A stretch of 64,000 nucleotides of DNA from Octopus sinensis (GCF_006345805.1 NC_042998.1:11346001-11410000), one strand, 5' to 3'. Positions 24,690-38,562 are shown, counted from the stretch's first letter. Program-made: numbers and translations. The notes: generated by a model from the sequence alone, not told the origin.

Positions 24690-26915
24690 TAGTGGGGTGG
24701 GGAGAGACAAGGCTGACCGGAAGTCCATCAACAAAGAGATACTCCAGCAAAACTGGATTAAAAGTCTGTCCATGCAAGACACTGACATGAAGTTCAATAA
24801 AGTTTGCTCTAGAGAAGAAAGCCACCACACACAAGAACATTATTTCCCGAGATAGAAGAATCTTAATGAGACGGAGGATAATGATCACGAATCGCTTAAA
24901 TAAAGAGCCTAATGACAGCAAAAACCCTATCTCAAAATGGCGCTCCTAGCGACAAAGAATAAAATCAGACACTCCCATGAAATAGAAAGGGTAAAGAGGG
25001 AAGCCAGGACGGTGGAAATATAATAAGCAACCCTAAAACCTTCTACAATTTCGCAAAAGAGTCTGTCTCAGTGCGATACAGAATAAGACCACTGTTTGAT
25101 GAAAAGGGCTCACTGACTGCAGACCCCCAAGAGGATGAGTGAAGCACTCAAACAATTCTAAAGTGTTTTCACCTCCCCACTAGAAAACATGAAAATAAGC
25201 AGACCTGATGAGTTCTTCAACACCTCTAATCTACAAGAGAAAAAGGCGACCATCAATTACATTGACATTACAGAAGAGGATGTACTGTAGGCCATTGATG
25301 AAATAAACCCAAACCCTGCTACAAGCTCCGATGGACTCTCAACAATTTTGTTAAAATCATACACGAAAGCTCTTGCAAAACCACTGCAAATGCTTTTCCA
25401 GAGTTCCTTAGAATGCCGTACATGTCCTCAAACGTTAAAAGAAGAAATAATCTGCCTTGTCCACAAAGGAGGAAGCAGAGCAGATGCTATAAACTACAGA
25501 CCTATCTCTCTGACCTCACATGTCAGCAAGATCATGGAACGCATTGTCAGAAAAAGACTGACCAAGTTCCTAGAGGAAAATTACTTGCTTACAGACACAC
25601 AACATGGTTTCCATCCTGGACGAGGCTGCTTAAACAGCTACTTCAGCACTTTGACTGGGTACTAAAACAACAGCTCAACCATTCAATTGTAGATGTGATA
25701 TATCTCAACTTTGCCAAGGCGGTTGACAAAGTCGATCATGAGATGATATGCCACAAATTGCATAACCTTGGTAACGCTGGTAGACTGGGAGAGTGGCTGA
25801 ATAATTTCCTAAGGAGCAGAAGTCAGGTTGTCACAGCAAATGGTGCTCCCTCTGAAGTGACACCAATCCTCAGTGGAGACCCCCAAGGAACAGAGCTGGG
25901 TCCACTACAGTTTATGGTTGCTCTCTCGGACATGCCCTGAGCAATAGAGTCAGCCACACTCACCAGCTACGCCGATGATACAAAAGTACCGCGGACGGTT
26001 AAGGATCCTACTGACATCCTAAGGCTGCAGAATGACCTGAACGCAATATATAAATGGACTGATGAGAATAATATGCAGTTCAATGCCCCAAACTTTCAAA
26101 CTCTCTGCTATCGGCCCACCAATAAACTACAGCTAAAGTACACGAGACCAGTAGGCAATGTGATCTTAGAGTTAGAGTCGGTGCGTGACCTGCGAACCCA
26201 CATGAGCATACGACGCAGCTTTCCATGAGCACATAGCTCGGATGTCAACACTATGCAGGCGGGTGGCAGGTTGGATCCTTAGACCCTCCATGACCAGGAA
26301 TGCTTCTGCTTTGGAGAACCTTTATCCCCAGTCATCTGGACTACTGCTCCCAACTGTAGTCCTCACAGAGTGTAAAACTAATTGCGGAACTAGAAGCGAT
26401 CCGACACCACTTCACAAAGAATATAGACTCAGTAAAACACATGGACTACTAGGAGAGATTAAGGGAGCAGGGACTCTACTCCCTGGAGAGGAGACGTGAG
26501 AGATATGCAGTGCTATATGTGTGGAAGCTAATGGAGGGTCTGGCTCCAAATTTCGGAATCGAAATTTACGACAATCCCCGATCTGAACGGCTCTGCACAG
26601 TATCAAAGTACCCATCCTCTCCATTGAAGATACGAACCCAGTATTGTAATAGCTTAGTATTCAAGAGACCACAACGACAGAACATCAGGGATCTGCAAGC
26701 AGTAGACATGGAAGTTTTCAAAAATCGTCTAGACAGCTTTTTTTTTATTTGCAAATCTCGTCGAACCCCCTGCGCAGCAGGAGGTACAAAGTAGAGCGGT
26801 AACGGCCAACTCGCTACTTCACCAGAAGCAATACTAGAAAAATCCCCGGACATCGGACACAGAAAGGCCGCGGTGCACCAGTATGACCTAGCTGGCTGAT
26901 ACCCATAAAAGATAA
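24690..26915 (+). mobile_element. CR1-clade LINE, 5'-truncated, decayed RT plus 3' UTR
   Basis: HKGGSRADAINYRPISLTSHVSKIMER, QHGF, VDVIYLNFAKAVDKVDH, SGDPQGTELGP and SYADDTK; multiple frameshifts and stops. Confidence 0.93.
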
Positions 26916-26934
26916 AAGAGAAGAGATATATATC

Positions 26935-26989
<55 letters not shown>

Positions 26990-27007
26990 GGAGCGATAGA
27001 GATATAT

Positions 27008-27133
27008 ACATACATACTTGCATGCATACATACATACATACATACATACATACATACATACATACATACGTACATACATACATACATACATACATACATA
27101 CATACATACATACATACATACATACATACATAC
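27008..27133. repeat. (TACA)n tetranucleotide microsatellite
   Basis: Direct inspection. Confidence 0.95.
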
Positions 27134-27164
27134 AAATATACATAAGTTAAACGCAGGTCTTATT

Positions 27165-27810
27165 CAAATCTTTATTCTTCCGACATATGTTTCGAAGAAA
27201 ACATTGGTATTATTCTTGAGGGAATAAAACGATGTAAAACAATGTAATCATCTCGTCAGAGAAAAAAGACAAACAAAATACAACAATGAGCCGTTTTAAC
27301 AGAATGTGATTTTAAAAAACCGTTAATAGATTTAATGTCAAAGGCAATTTAGAGAAAGAGAAGGAGGGGAGAGAAAGAAATTAACAGAAAATTACGAGTA
27401 GAGAAATATACTGCGGCAGATGAGTGGGAATAAAGCATAAAGGCGTGTAAATAGATATATGTAGTGGAAATGAAATGTAACTTGACAGCGAAAGGTCGAA
27501 TTTTATAGATTGGTAGAAACTGCTGATAGGAACTAAAGGTTTTTTTGGCAACGTTTGCAACGATAAACGTGTTCTTTAAATGTGTTTACAAGAGAATTCT
27601 CTGAGAACAGAATGAGATACTGTCTTCTTACATTTCATTTGAATAACACCTGCGTTTCACTCCATTTCTTAATTTATCTGATATACAAAAACATTTCACT
27701 AAACCCTGGAACTTCTACCTTTATAAGTAGGCTGTAACATCCTTGGCACTTAAGTAAACTTTGACTACCTTGGTAACTATTTATTTATTCCGTGTTATTT
27801 GTACACATTG
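27165..27810 (-). mobile_element. Penelope-like 3' region/pLTR of the 7385-8740 family, with an inverted terminal segment
   Basis: 27165-27600 aligns co-directionally with ~7545-8000. 27650-27810 is the reverse complement of ~7385-7530 (GGTAACTATTTAT.TATT..CCGTGTTA; AAACCC.GGA..TTCTACCTTT). Confidence 0.7.
27176..27265 (-). ncRNA. Type I hammerhead motif with long stem II and palindromic stem III
   Basis: Minus strand: TTTTCT-CTGACGA-GATGATTACATTG...CAATGTTTTCTTC-GAAACATATGTC-GGAAGA. Stem III is the perfect palindrome ACATATGT and the triplet is GUC. Confidence 0.7.
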
Positions 27811-27974
27811 AAAAATTACACATACATTTATATATATATATGTATATATATATAAATATATATACACCTACTTCCTCTCTTCACTCCTAACCACCTTCTC
27901 CCTTCATTGATACCTCCCTCTGTCCCCCACACACATCTCACTACCACTTACCTCACATGCTCACCTCCAATGTA

Positions 27975-29050
27975 TATATATGACTTGAAAGTATCATACG
28001 CAAAGATACGAATGGGATTTGCCCAATGTATAGGAGCAAGTCATGGAACACTGTTGAAAGGACTAAGAAGAAAATAGGGAAGGCCAACTCATGAATACCA
28101 GAGTGTCGACACCACCCCTAGAGGCGAACTGGCGTACCGCTTTAGAAGGGCCCTACACAAACTTAAGCTGAGAATTAAGGTTGTAGAAAGGCCAGTCAAC
28201 CCTATTAAATCCCTAATCGGTAGAACCTACCCTGTTAGTAGATCCCCCTGCACTGATAGGAACTGTACTGTATATACATTTAGCCCACAAACAAACTGTA
28301 AAGCCATGAATATAGTCTATAGTATAAGATATACAGAGGGACGGTGCAGTAACAAGACAATGACGTACGTAGGGGAAATAACACGGTGCATAGGAGAGCG
28401 GGTAAATGAGCATTGGAGGGAACTTAAGGAAGAGAAAAGCTCATCGGTTCTGTGCCAGCACTCCGAGCAGAGCACGGAGACTCGCTCAACAACATAGAAG
28501 TTAAAACCTTTTCCACACATGGAACAGACGCCACGCATAGGTAAATTACAGAATCTACGCACATAATAGAAGATAAACCTAGCCTGAATAGGAAACTAGA
28601 ACGAAACACTAGCACACGCCTCAACACACCACAACCTATAACAGAATAAGATCCCCATAAACTGATAACAATATGAACATAACATAATACAATACACACA
28701 TAAATAAATGGAATTAAATAACTATATACATTAACAAAATAAAATAAATTAAATTAAATATAAAAAAGGAAAAAAATAAATAGATATAAACAAATGAAGA
28801 AAACAAATGAGAACAAATTAAACGAACGTGTATAAACGGGGGATACTGATAACACAGGCACATTCCCAAACAGACTTAATAAACATAGACACACACAGTG
28901 GTATACGCATGTGCAAATAAAGACACATACAATAAGAATTCAAAATGGCTAATCATTACTAAGGAAAGACACACAAAAACAAAAGAAGAAAGCTAAGGAC
29001 CACTCATGAGGACACAGAAGTGTGACGAAATAACTCTGGCCGGAATACGA
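27975..29050 (+). mobile_element. Penelope-like element 3' part (GIY-YIG endonuclease plus 3' UTR)
   Basis: ...SPCTDRNCTVYTFSPQTNCKAMNIVYSIRYTEGRCSNKTMTYVGEITRCIGERVNEHWRELK.... A degenerate hammerhead-like motif lies at ~28998-29041. Confidence 0.85.
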
Positions 29051-29149
29051 TTAATATAAAATAAAGGTGAAGCAAGTGAACACTAAATATATAGTGCGTG
29101 TGTTTTCATTGGCTAAACTGGTAACATGACCACCCCGAAATACAACAAT

Positions 29150-29188
<39 letters not shown>

Positions 29189-29189
29189 C

Positions 29190-29335
29190 ACGACGTCTTC
29201 ATTCAGTTTCTATCTACCAAATCTACTCACAAGTCTTTGGTCGGTTCGAGACTATAGTGCCACGCAGTGGGACTGAACCCGGAACCATGTAGTTGGTAAG
29301 CAAGCTACTTACAATACAGCCACTCCTGCGCCTAT
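29190..29335 (-). mobile_element. SINE family A, 5' half
   Basis: Reverse complement of the head AGGCGCAGGAGTGGCTGT...GGTTCAGTCCCACTGCGTGGCAC. Confidence 0.85.
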
Positions 29336-29818
29336 AGCCACATAGCCAATCAATATATATATATGTGTCTCTGTGTGTGTGGTGTGTGTATGTATATATA
29401 TATATGTAGAAGGTTGAAAAGGAACACACGAGTTGATATTTATCGAAAAAAAGGCAAGGTAGAAAATGCTAAAATAATTTTATAAAAAACATTTCATCAC
29501 CGGTTTCAGTCATTGAGACTTTTTCAACTGTAAGTATGGAAAACAATTAGATTTTGGAAAATTTAAAAGAAAAGTTTTTTAAAAGAATTTTTTTGCAATT
29601 TTTTCACTTGTGTAAGTCATTGGACTGTAGCCAAGCTGGGGCGTCTCCTTGAAGCGTCCAGTGGAACAAATCAACAGCAATCCACATTTTTGAAGTCTGG
29701 TACTTAGTCTATCACTGTCTTGTGCCAAACAGCTGAGTTACGGGTACGTAAACAAAATGAATACTGGTTGTCAAGAGGCAGTTGGCACCCCACCCCATAT
29801 ATATATATATATATATGC

Positions 29819-30640
29819 GAGGCGGTATGAAACGATTCCCGGCCTAGTACAGTAGCGCGCCAACAGATAGTAACATACCTTTACGTACTTCATGAGTACC
29901 GAGTGACATCAAGTTGTGATTTGCGTTTTTGTAATCACCTGTATGATGTGGTCTGCAATTTTTGTCATGGACAGGAAGTGAGAACAAAGAGGCATAGTGA
30001 CATTTTGTATTAAACTTGGGAACTCTACTAAAGAGACATTGAGCATGCTTTGGCAAGCTTACGGCGACGAGGCAATGAATTTTACGCAATGTTTCGACTG
30101 CCACGGATGCTTCAGAAGCTGCAGAACATCCCTGAAAGATGATGAGCAACCTGGAAGACCTGCCATGAGCGTCACTCCCGGAAATGTGGAGAAAATGCAT
30201 AGGTTTGTGCATGAGACGGTCGGAGGACAATCAATGACGTTGCTGTGTTGTTGGCCTGTCGTATGGGTCCGTGTATGACAATGTACCTTGTCACCAAGCT
30301 CTACTTGCTCGTGTGTTTCTCACCAAATACAACTTGGTATCACTTCTGCACCCACCCTATTGACAAGATTTAGCACCTACAGAATTTCTTCTCTTCCCCA
30401 AGATGAAAATGCTGTTTTAAGGTTGCCATTTTAACACCATTGTCGAGATCCAGAGCGAATCTCAGAAGGTCCTCGACTCGCTTACGGAAAACGACTTCCA
30501 GGCCAGATTCCAAAAGTGGCAGAAATGCTGTGATCGGTGTATTGCTTTGCAAGGTAACTATTTCGAAGGAGATGATGTTAAAACTTAGGTAAATAAGTTA
30601 TTTTTTATTAAACATAACTAGTCTGTGAACTCTTTGATAC
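29819..30640 (+). mobile_element. Internally deleted mariner (second family)
   Basis: N-terminus FCIKLGNSTKETLSMLWQAYG...SLKDDEQPGRP joined to C-terminus HPPY*QDLAPTEFLLFPKMK...RCIALQGNYFEGD. Degenerate TIRs ...CCCGGCCTAGT / ACTAGTCTGTGAACTCTTTGATAC. Confidence 0.88.
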
Positions 30641-30781
30641 GTATATTATATATGTGTGTGTGTATGCATGCATATATATATATATATAGTTAATCCAAAC
30701 ATGAAAACACAAAGAGAAAACACAACAACGCGAGGACGTGGAACAAATATAGTATTATTGGACGCTCAGGAAAGAAGGAGG

Positions 30782-30816
30782 GTTTAACGTTTCGAGCATA
30801 GCTCTTCGTCGGAAAC
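30782..30816 (-). ncRNA. Minimal hammerhead-like motif (CCGACGA+A core) in a small dispersed repeat
   Basis: Minus strand: GTTT-CCGACGA-A-GAGC-tat-GCTC-GAA-ACGT-T-AAAC. Related copies at 50585-50623 and ~12180-12225. Confidence 0.5.
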
Positions 30817-30928
30817 ATAGGAGAAGGAAAGATCCAGAGAAGGGAAGACAGAGGAACATATATATATATATTTATTTATTTATTTATTTATTTATTTATG
30901 CACGTGTGTGTATGTGCATGCATATATA

Positions 30929-30960
<32 letters not shown>

Positions 30961-30971
30961 CATACATATAC

Positions 30972-31110
30972 GACGGGCTTCCACACAGTTTGTGTATACA
31001 AAATTCATCTAAAAGACATTGGTCGGATTTATTGTAGAAGATACTTTCCCGAGATGGCGCACAATGCGACTGAACCAAAAACCAACTGGTTATAAGATGA
31101 GCTTCTAAAC
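30972..31110 (-). mobile_element. SINE family A, diverged 5' half
   Basis: ACGACGGGCTTCCACACAGTT...GGTCGG...ATTGTAGAAGATACTT...CTGAACC. Confidence 0.65.
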
Positions 31111-31627
31111 AGCACACCCTCACTTTGTAATTCATTTTGTATATCTTTTGTATTGTACTTATAAGTAGTATGATAAGAATTATTTTTGTCATTGTTGTTG
31201 TCGTTCATGTCGTCGTCGTCCTTGTTACTTTTAACTTATTACTAATGGATTTTGGAGTACGTATATCGCATAATGTGAGGTACAAGAGAAGTTGCTTTTG
31301 GACATTTTAAGCTGTTTTACATATTTGTGACAAATAGCATTTTATAGCAAATGGCGTTTTCTTGACAGTAATGAAAAAGGTTTATAGCAGTTTCCAATAT
31401 ATGAAGGCAAACGATTCTTCAAACTCCTAGTATTAGAACAGATGTTTAAATATTTACACTCTAAAGGCAATGGATAAGCACAACCGTTGGAAATTCAAAT
31501 GAAATTACCTGCAGATTCTGTTAAGATTTACTCTTAATTCTAGCTGAGGACAACATCGCCATTTATCATTTATCATCATCATTTATCTCAAAATAAATAA
31601 TCATTCAAATAATAATCTCGATTTGTG

Positions 31628-31870
31628 ACGGCGCGCGGCCTAGTGTTTAGATTGTTACGATTGCAAGATCGTAGTTTCAACTCCTAGATCGAGCGGTGCG
31701 TTGTGTTCTACACTACACTTCATATCACGTTGCTCCAGTCCTCTCAGCTGTAAATGAGTAAACCAGCGACGGACTGGCGTGTCGTTCAGGGTGAATGTTG
31801 TGAGCTCAGTTACTCATAAGCCATGGAAACCAGTTAACTGGTCCTATGAGTTCTAGGACTAGAGACAGTA
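31628..31870 (+). mobile_element. tRNA/CORE-like SINE (family C, tail type 3)
   Basis: GGCCTAGTGTTTAG head, CORE-like TTGTGTTC...TCACGTTGCTCCAGTC..TCAGCTGTAAATGAG, tail GCGACGGACTGGCGTGTCGTTCAGGGTG. Confidence 0.75.
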
Positions 31871-32080
31871 CTTAATATATACTAGACACGATATAATTTG
31901 CTACCGACCTGCACCAATAAACAATGGTCTAATATGGAGCAGTAGCGTGTAAATTCCTGTTCAACCATAAATCTCCTCCGACTTGTGAAGTGATATACAT
32001 CCATATCATCTATCTGTTATACCTTGTATTACTGCACATACAACACGCGCGTGCACGAATAACCTATTATTCACACACAT

Positions 32081-32113
<33 letters not shown>

Positions 32114-34159
32114 CCCTTCTCTCTCTCACTCTCTTTCTTTCTATCTATCTAAAAGTAGACCTCATTAAAATACAAAAAGGTTAATGCAAAAGAACAGGAA
32201 TATTTACAAATGTCGAAAAGATGGCTGCCTCAGAAGTGACAGAAAACGATGCTCACTACAGCGATGGTAGCAGTCACGTAAACAAACATACCACTACATT
32301 ATTTTCAATGTAAATAATTTAAATAAATAGAAATCAAACATACAAAAAAAAAGCAGAAATTATACAATAGAAGACGCAAGCAAGAATTTGAACTGAAACA
32401 AAAAATAAAGCAAGTACGAACAGCAACGGCATCGCCACCACCATTACCGCCAATACTAACAGCAAGAAAAGCAACAATAGCAGCAAGGGAAACAGCAACA
32501 TTTCATCAATTGCTAGCGTCCTGAGACGAAAAGGAACAACTTGCATTGAACTAACTCAAAGAAATTACAGTTACTTCATGTCCGATGAATTTATTGATGA
32601 AAGGACGAGAAAGATGATGACATATCTCTGTCTTCCGAAATATGAACATGGCTTCTATAAGTCCTTGAATGTGTTGGAGAAAGCCTCAAATGATGTGTAG
32701 CAGGACGTATGCTCTGTCGACAAGAGCAGCATATATGGAAACGTACCAAGTTTTTAAGACCGAAAACCGGCTGCTAACGTGCAATTTCCAAAGTATATGG
32801 CTTTCGGAAACACTGAAATTACGGCCACAGATAATAGCATGAACATTGGCACTTGCCTTAGAGGTCAACTTTGCACAAGAGGATAGAAGTGGGGTGAACA
32901 CAGATGTGACTTGCAACAAACTGTCGTTGAGTGGGATATATTCTCGAAGAACGCAAGAGTATTTAAGAGTTGTAACCCATTCAGAGAGCGGAGAAAAATT
33001 CAATCGTACAAATGATGTAGAAACAAGATCGAGTTATAATACTTGAGGTTGTAAAGTTATTTGAGTGTCCTCTGCCCAGGAGATACAAAGCAGGTAGAAG
33101 AAAATGTAGGCAGTGGACGGTAACAGAGATTACTGATATTTCCGTTAACACAGCACTTCCAGAAATAGTGGAATTGAAAGAAGTAAAATCACTTTATCCT
33201 TAGCGCAATCAATACCAGGGACTGGTGGTAGTTGAGAAAATGAAGACCTCCTCCTCAAGTACAAGAACCATCAGAAGTTACCAGAAGTAGTGCCTCTCCA
33301 TTTCCTTGCGGTGATAGGGAAGAGATAAACAATTAAGAATGAGACTACCAGAAAAGAAGCACAGAGCAAAAAAAGATGATCGGAGAGGAAAGATATCAAT
33401 TACGTGTAGTGCTCTGATTCAAATTAGACTGAGGCTCTTCACACCTGTGTGGATCTTTGACCTTGTTTGAATATATTTGCTATTATTTTCTGTAATAAAT
33501 TCCTGCCTGCATTATTTTACAATATTACACATTTGCACCACACCTAGTTTATCATACACATATATATACGTATTCATGATTATTTATAATTATCATAATG
33601 CGTAAGAACCCTCGTGGATTATCATAATGATTTCATTTTACTTCAACTTTGGCAAATGTATAAGCTCCACATATTTTGTAACCTCAAATTTTTATGTTTG
33701 ATAACATTTATACATACGTACATACATACATACATACATACATACATGCATACATACATACATGCGTACACAGACAGACAGACAGACAGATAGGTAGGAT
33801 TGGAAACACTTAGGGTGAGCAAAGTTAAGTATTAGTCTTCTTCATGTTTTATATTTAAGTGAACGACTTGTACTACGTCCAGATCCTACATCACACGTTC
33901 ATCTCAACCATTACAACCACCATCATCATGCACCAAGCCAACAGGGGGGAGGGTGCTTTAAGTGGTGGCTCAACTTATTAGAAAGACAAGCCATGTCTCA
34001 CTCACATCACACACACACTACTATCTTGAAAACAAGGACCCCGTTCGATATTGCAAAAATAGAGAGGTCTAAAATGGTGAGGGGAGGGAGCCCAATGATG
34101 GAATACATTTCATCAGAACTTTGCTTAATCAGAATTAACCAGAAGCGAAACAATCCAAA

Positions 34160-34177
34160 TTATCATAGCTATCATCG

Positions 34178-34228
<51 letters not shown>

Positions 34229-34753
34229 CCACCATCATCATCATCATCATCATCATTATCCTCCTCATCACCACCACCACCATCATCATCATCATTACTA
34301 TCAAATGTCATCATTGTTTATGTTCGTGGTCTGTCGATATGCTAGAAATAGCAACCAAATCTTAACATCACACGCTAAGGCCTTAAATACAGAAAAGGGC
34401 GCATTTTATAATATTGCCCCATAAATGGTCCGAAAAAGAAGGGATAGAAATGGCTGAAATACCTCTTATAAGGCTACTCACATAGGATACTACCGTCCTA
34501 GCTTTACTTTTACCACGCCACCGACATGGCATCACTGTTATCCATAATCTTCATTTGGACTCCATATCGCCACCGCCGCCGACGCCATCGCCTCGTTACG
34601 ACCAGCAGCATCACCGCCGCCACCAACACCAAGAACACCGCCACCACCATCACCGACAACACCATCGCCACCACCATTATCGACTCTTCTCTGTATCAGT
34701 TATTACCCTTACACATTCACTGGACTCTTCGTCCCTTGAACACACACACACAT

Positions 34754-34836
<83 letters not shown>

Positions 34837-37745
34837 TACTGGAAAACAATCACACTGATGCAGCATCATGTATCCATTTTTTCCTACACCCACTCCAAAG
34901 TACTACAACCACTACCACCACAACAACCACCACCACCACCACACACACGCCGACACCGTCACCAACACCACTCTCACCATAATCATCACACACGCAGACA
35001 CACAACCACTACCACAACTAACATCACACTGACACCACCACCAACACCAAACATGCCACCATTGCACATAACCCCACAAGAACAAGCAGCACAACAATAA
35101 TCACCCACACAACAACCACCATCACAACTTCATCACGACAACCACCACCAAAACAACCTCCCCACCAACAAACAACATCCCAGCAACCACCACCACCACC
35201 ACCACGACAACCTCCATCACTACATCCACGACCACAAAAATCACCATCACAACAACCACCACTACAACAACTACCATCAGAACAAACATCACAATAACAA
35301 CCACCGACACAACAAACACCACCTCAACAACCTCCACAACAGCAATCTCCATCACGACAATCACCATCATGAAAACCATCACCACAACAACTACCACCAC
35401 CAGAACTACTATCACAAAAACCACAACAATAGCAACCACAATAACAACCAACTCCACAAAAGCCAACACCCCAGCAACCACTACCACAATAATCACCACC
35501 ACGACAACAACCATCTCAACAACCACAATAACAACCAACACCACAACCACCACCACAGCAACCACCAGAACAAAAGGCACCACCACGACAACCAACAACA
35601 ACAGCAACAACCGTTACAATTACAACCAACACCACAACAGTCACCACCATAACAAATAGAACTACAACAACCACCACCATACACCACTGCGAAACACACC
35701 TCAAACGCAAGACAGAACTCAACCATCACCGCACGCCACCACGACCACTGCACTCACCCATACTGCAACGCACACTGTCCTTACAATACACACCGATCTG
35801 ACGCAATGCTAACCACTACAACGACACATTAGTACCATTGAACACGCGACCAACCATACTACACACATCGCACATGATCAACCACCATGTACCGAGACAA
35901 CCACTACAATACCATCAATGAAATACTCAACACAACCACTAATACAACCAATAACGGCATCATTCACTCAATGCTTATACCATTACCACCAGAACTATCA
36001 ACCACACAACCTTCCCCAACACACCATCATCATCATGATCATCACCACTACCCCCAAGAGCACCATGATCACCATTAGCATCACAACCACTATCACGAGC
36101 ACACTACTATCACCAAACCATCATCACCAACAACCTACCATCACCACCACCACCACCATCGCCACCGTTATCGTCACCACCATTACTATCACCACCACCA
36201 CCACCACCACCATCGCCACCATAACCCCCATTCCAACATCATCACCAAACATCACCACCACCACCACCACTACCAAAACACCACCTTCGCCAGCAACACC
36301 AACACGATGCCATCACAACTACCATTACCATCATCACCATCATCTCACCATCTTCAATACACCACTACAATCACCGACGTACCACCACCATCACCACCAC
36401 CACCACCATCACCAACACTCCACCCCCATCACCAACTCACTACCATTTACCAGCATACCACCGTCACCACCACCACCATAACCAACATCACCATCACAAC
36501 CACCACCGTCACAACCACTACCACCATCACCCCCACTACCATCAACACCATCATCATCATCATCATCATCATCACAACCGCCATCCCACCATCACTAACT
36601 CACTTTTATCACCTACACACCGCCATCGCCACCACTACCATCACCAGCATCGATAACACACCACCATCACAACCATAATCAGCATCACAGAAACCTCACC
36701 TTCACAATACATCAGCATCACCAACACACCATCACCAACACACCACTACCACCACCACCATCACCACCACTACCACCACCAACACACCACTACCACCACC
36801 ACCACCACCACTACCCCCACCAACACACCACTACCACCACCAACACACCACTACCCCCACCAACACACCACTACCACCACCAACACACCACTACCACCAC
36901 CACCACCACCACTACCCCCACCAACACACCACTACCACCACCAACACACCACTACCACCACCAACACACCACTACCACCACCAACACACCACTACCACCA
37001 CCAACACACCACTACCACCACCACCACCACCACTACCACCACCACACCACTACCACCACCACCACCACCACTACCCCCACCGACACACACTACCCCCACC
37101 AACACACCACTACCACCACCAACACACACTACCACCACCAACACACCACTACCACCACCAACACCACTACCACCACCACCACCACCACTACCCCCACCAA
37201 CACACCACTACCACCCCACCACCACCCACTACCCCCACCAACACACCACTACCCCCACCAACACACCACTACCCCCACCACCAACACACCACTACCACAC
37301 CAACACACCACTACCACCATCAACACACCACTACCACCACCACCACCACCACCACCACCACTACAACCACCATCAACATCACCACCGCCATTGTCAATAC
37401 AACCAACACACCACCATCAACATTATCGCCACCACCATCATCATCAGCATACCACCACCACCATCGTATCACCACCAATCAACATCCCACCACCATCATA
37501 CCATCATACCACCATCACCACCATCGCCACCATCACCAACACACCTCAATCATCAACGCACCGACACCACCCCATCACAACCATCCCCAACATCACCCCA
37601 CCCCCCCTTCATTAGCTCACTACCAACAGTACCGTCCCCACAAACAGCAACATTGCATCCTACACCACCACCACCACCACCACCACCACCACCACCACCA
37701 CCACCACCGACGCCGCCATCGCCGTCAACATAACCACCACCTTCA
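34160..37745. repeat. Large C/A-rich low-complexity tract ((CAT)n, (CAC)n, (CA)n, cryptic ACC/AAC repeats)
   Basis: Direct inspection; G is strongly depleted on the + strand. Confidence 0.95.
36720..37350. repeat. ~20-bp minisatellite CAACACACCACTACC(A/C)CCAC
   Basis: Exact 20-bp periodicity from ~36821 to ~37020, with interspersed variant units. Confidence 0.9.
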
Positions 37746-37999
37746 CATGCACCACTTCCACCCCACACTTTGCCACCCTCTCGTAACTGATTACTGTCTT
37801 TCACTTGTTGCTGATTTTACCCTTCCCTATATTTTGTATGGGGTAGGGGGGATCTCGTTATGCGAAGCACACATTACTGTGTGCGTGTGTGTATGTGCAT
37901 GTGTGTGTATGTGCATGTGTGTGTATGTGCATGTGTGTGTATGTGTGTGTAATATATATATAATATATATAATATATATATATATATATTATATATATA

Positions 38000-38031
<32 letters not shown>

Positions 38032-38141
38032 CACACATATATATATATATATATGTATACTTTATTTAAAAGCAACAGAAATATCACAAACTGTTACTCA
38101 TATATATATATATCCATTGCACACACACACACACGTGTTGA

Positions 38142-38206
<65 letters not shown>

Positions 38207-38234
38207 TTCATCAACACGTGTGTGTGTGTGCAAT

Positions 38235-38289
<55 letters not shown>

Positions 38290-38419
38290 GCATATTATAT
38301 ATATATAAATAGACACACACACACACACACAAAGTTTTTATATATGTACATATAAATATATTTGAGGGGATGGGGGGCGTATGTGTGCGATTATATACAC
38401 ATATCTGTGTGTACAAATG

Positions 38420-38461
38420 GATAGAAAGATAGATAGATAGTTTGATTGATTGATTGATAGA

Positions 38462-38557
<96 letters not shown>

Positions 38558-38562
38558 TAGAC

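Noticed and set aside
28998-29041. Hammerhead-like motif after the GIY-YIG at 28.3-28.5 kb
   Set aside because: The core is CTCATGA and stems II and III are disrupted. It is probably a dead relic and is not called as a ribozyme.
33993-37804. His-, Thr- and Val-rich ORFs resembling mucins or histidine-rich structural proteins
   Set aside because: They are by-products of (CAT)n/(CAC)n/(ACC)n repeats, are open in several frames, and have no signal peptide, splice structure or family motif.
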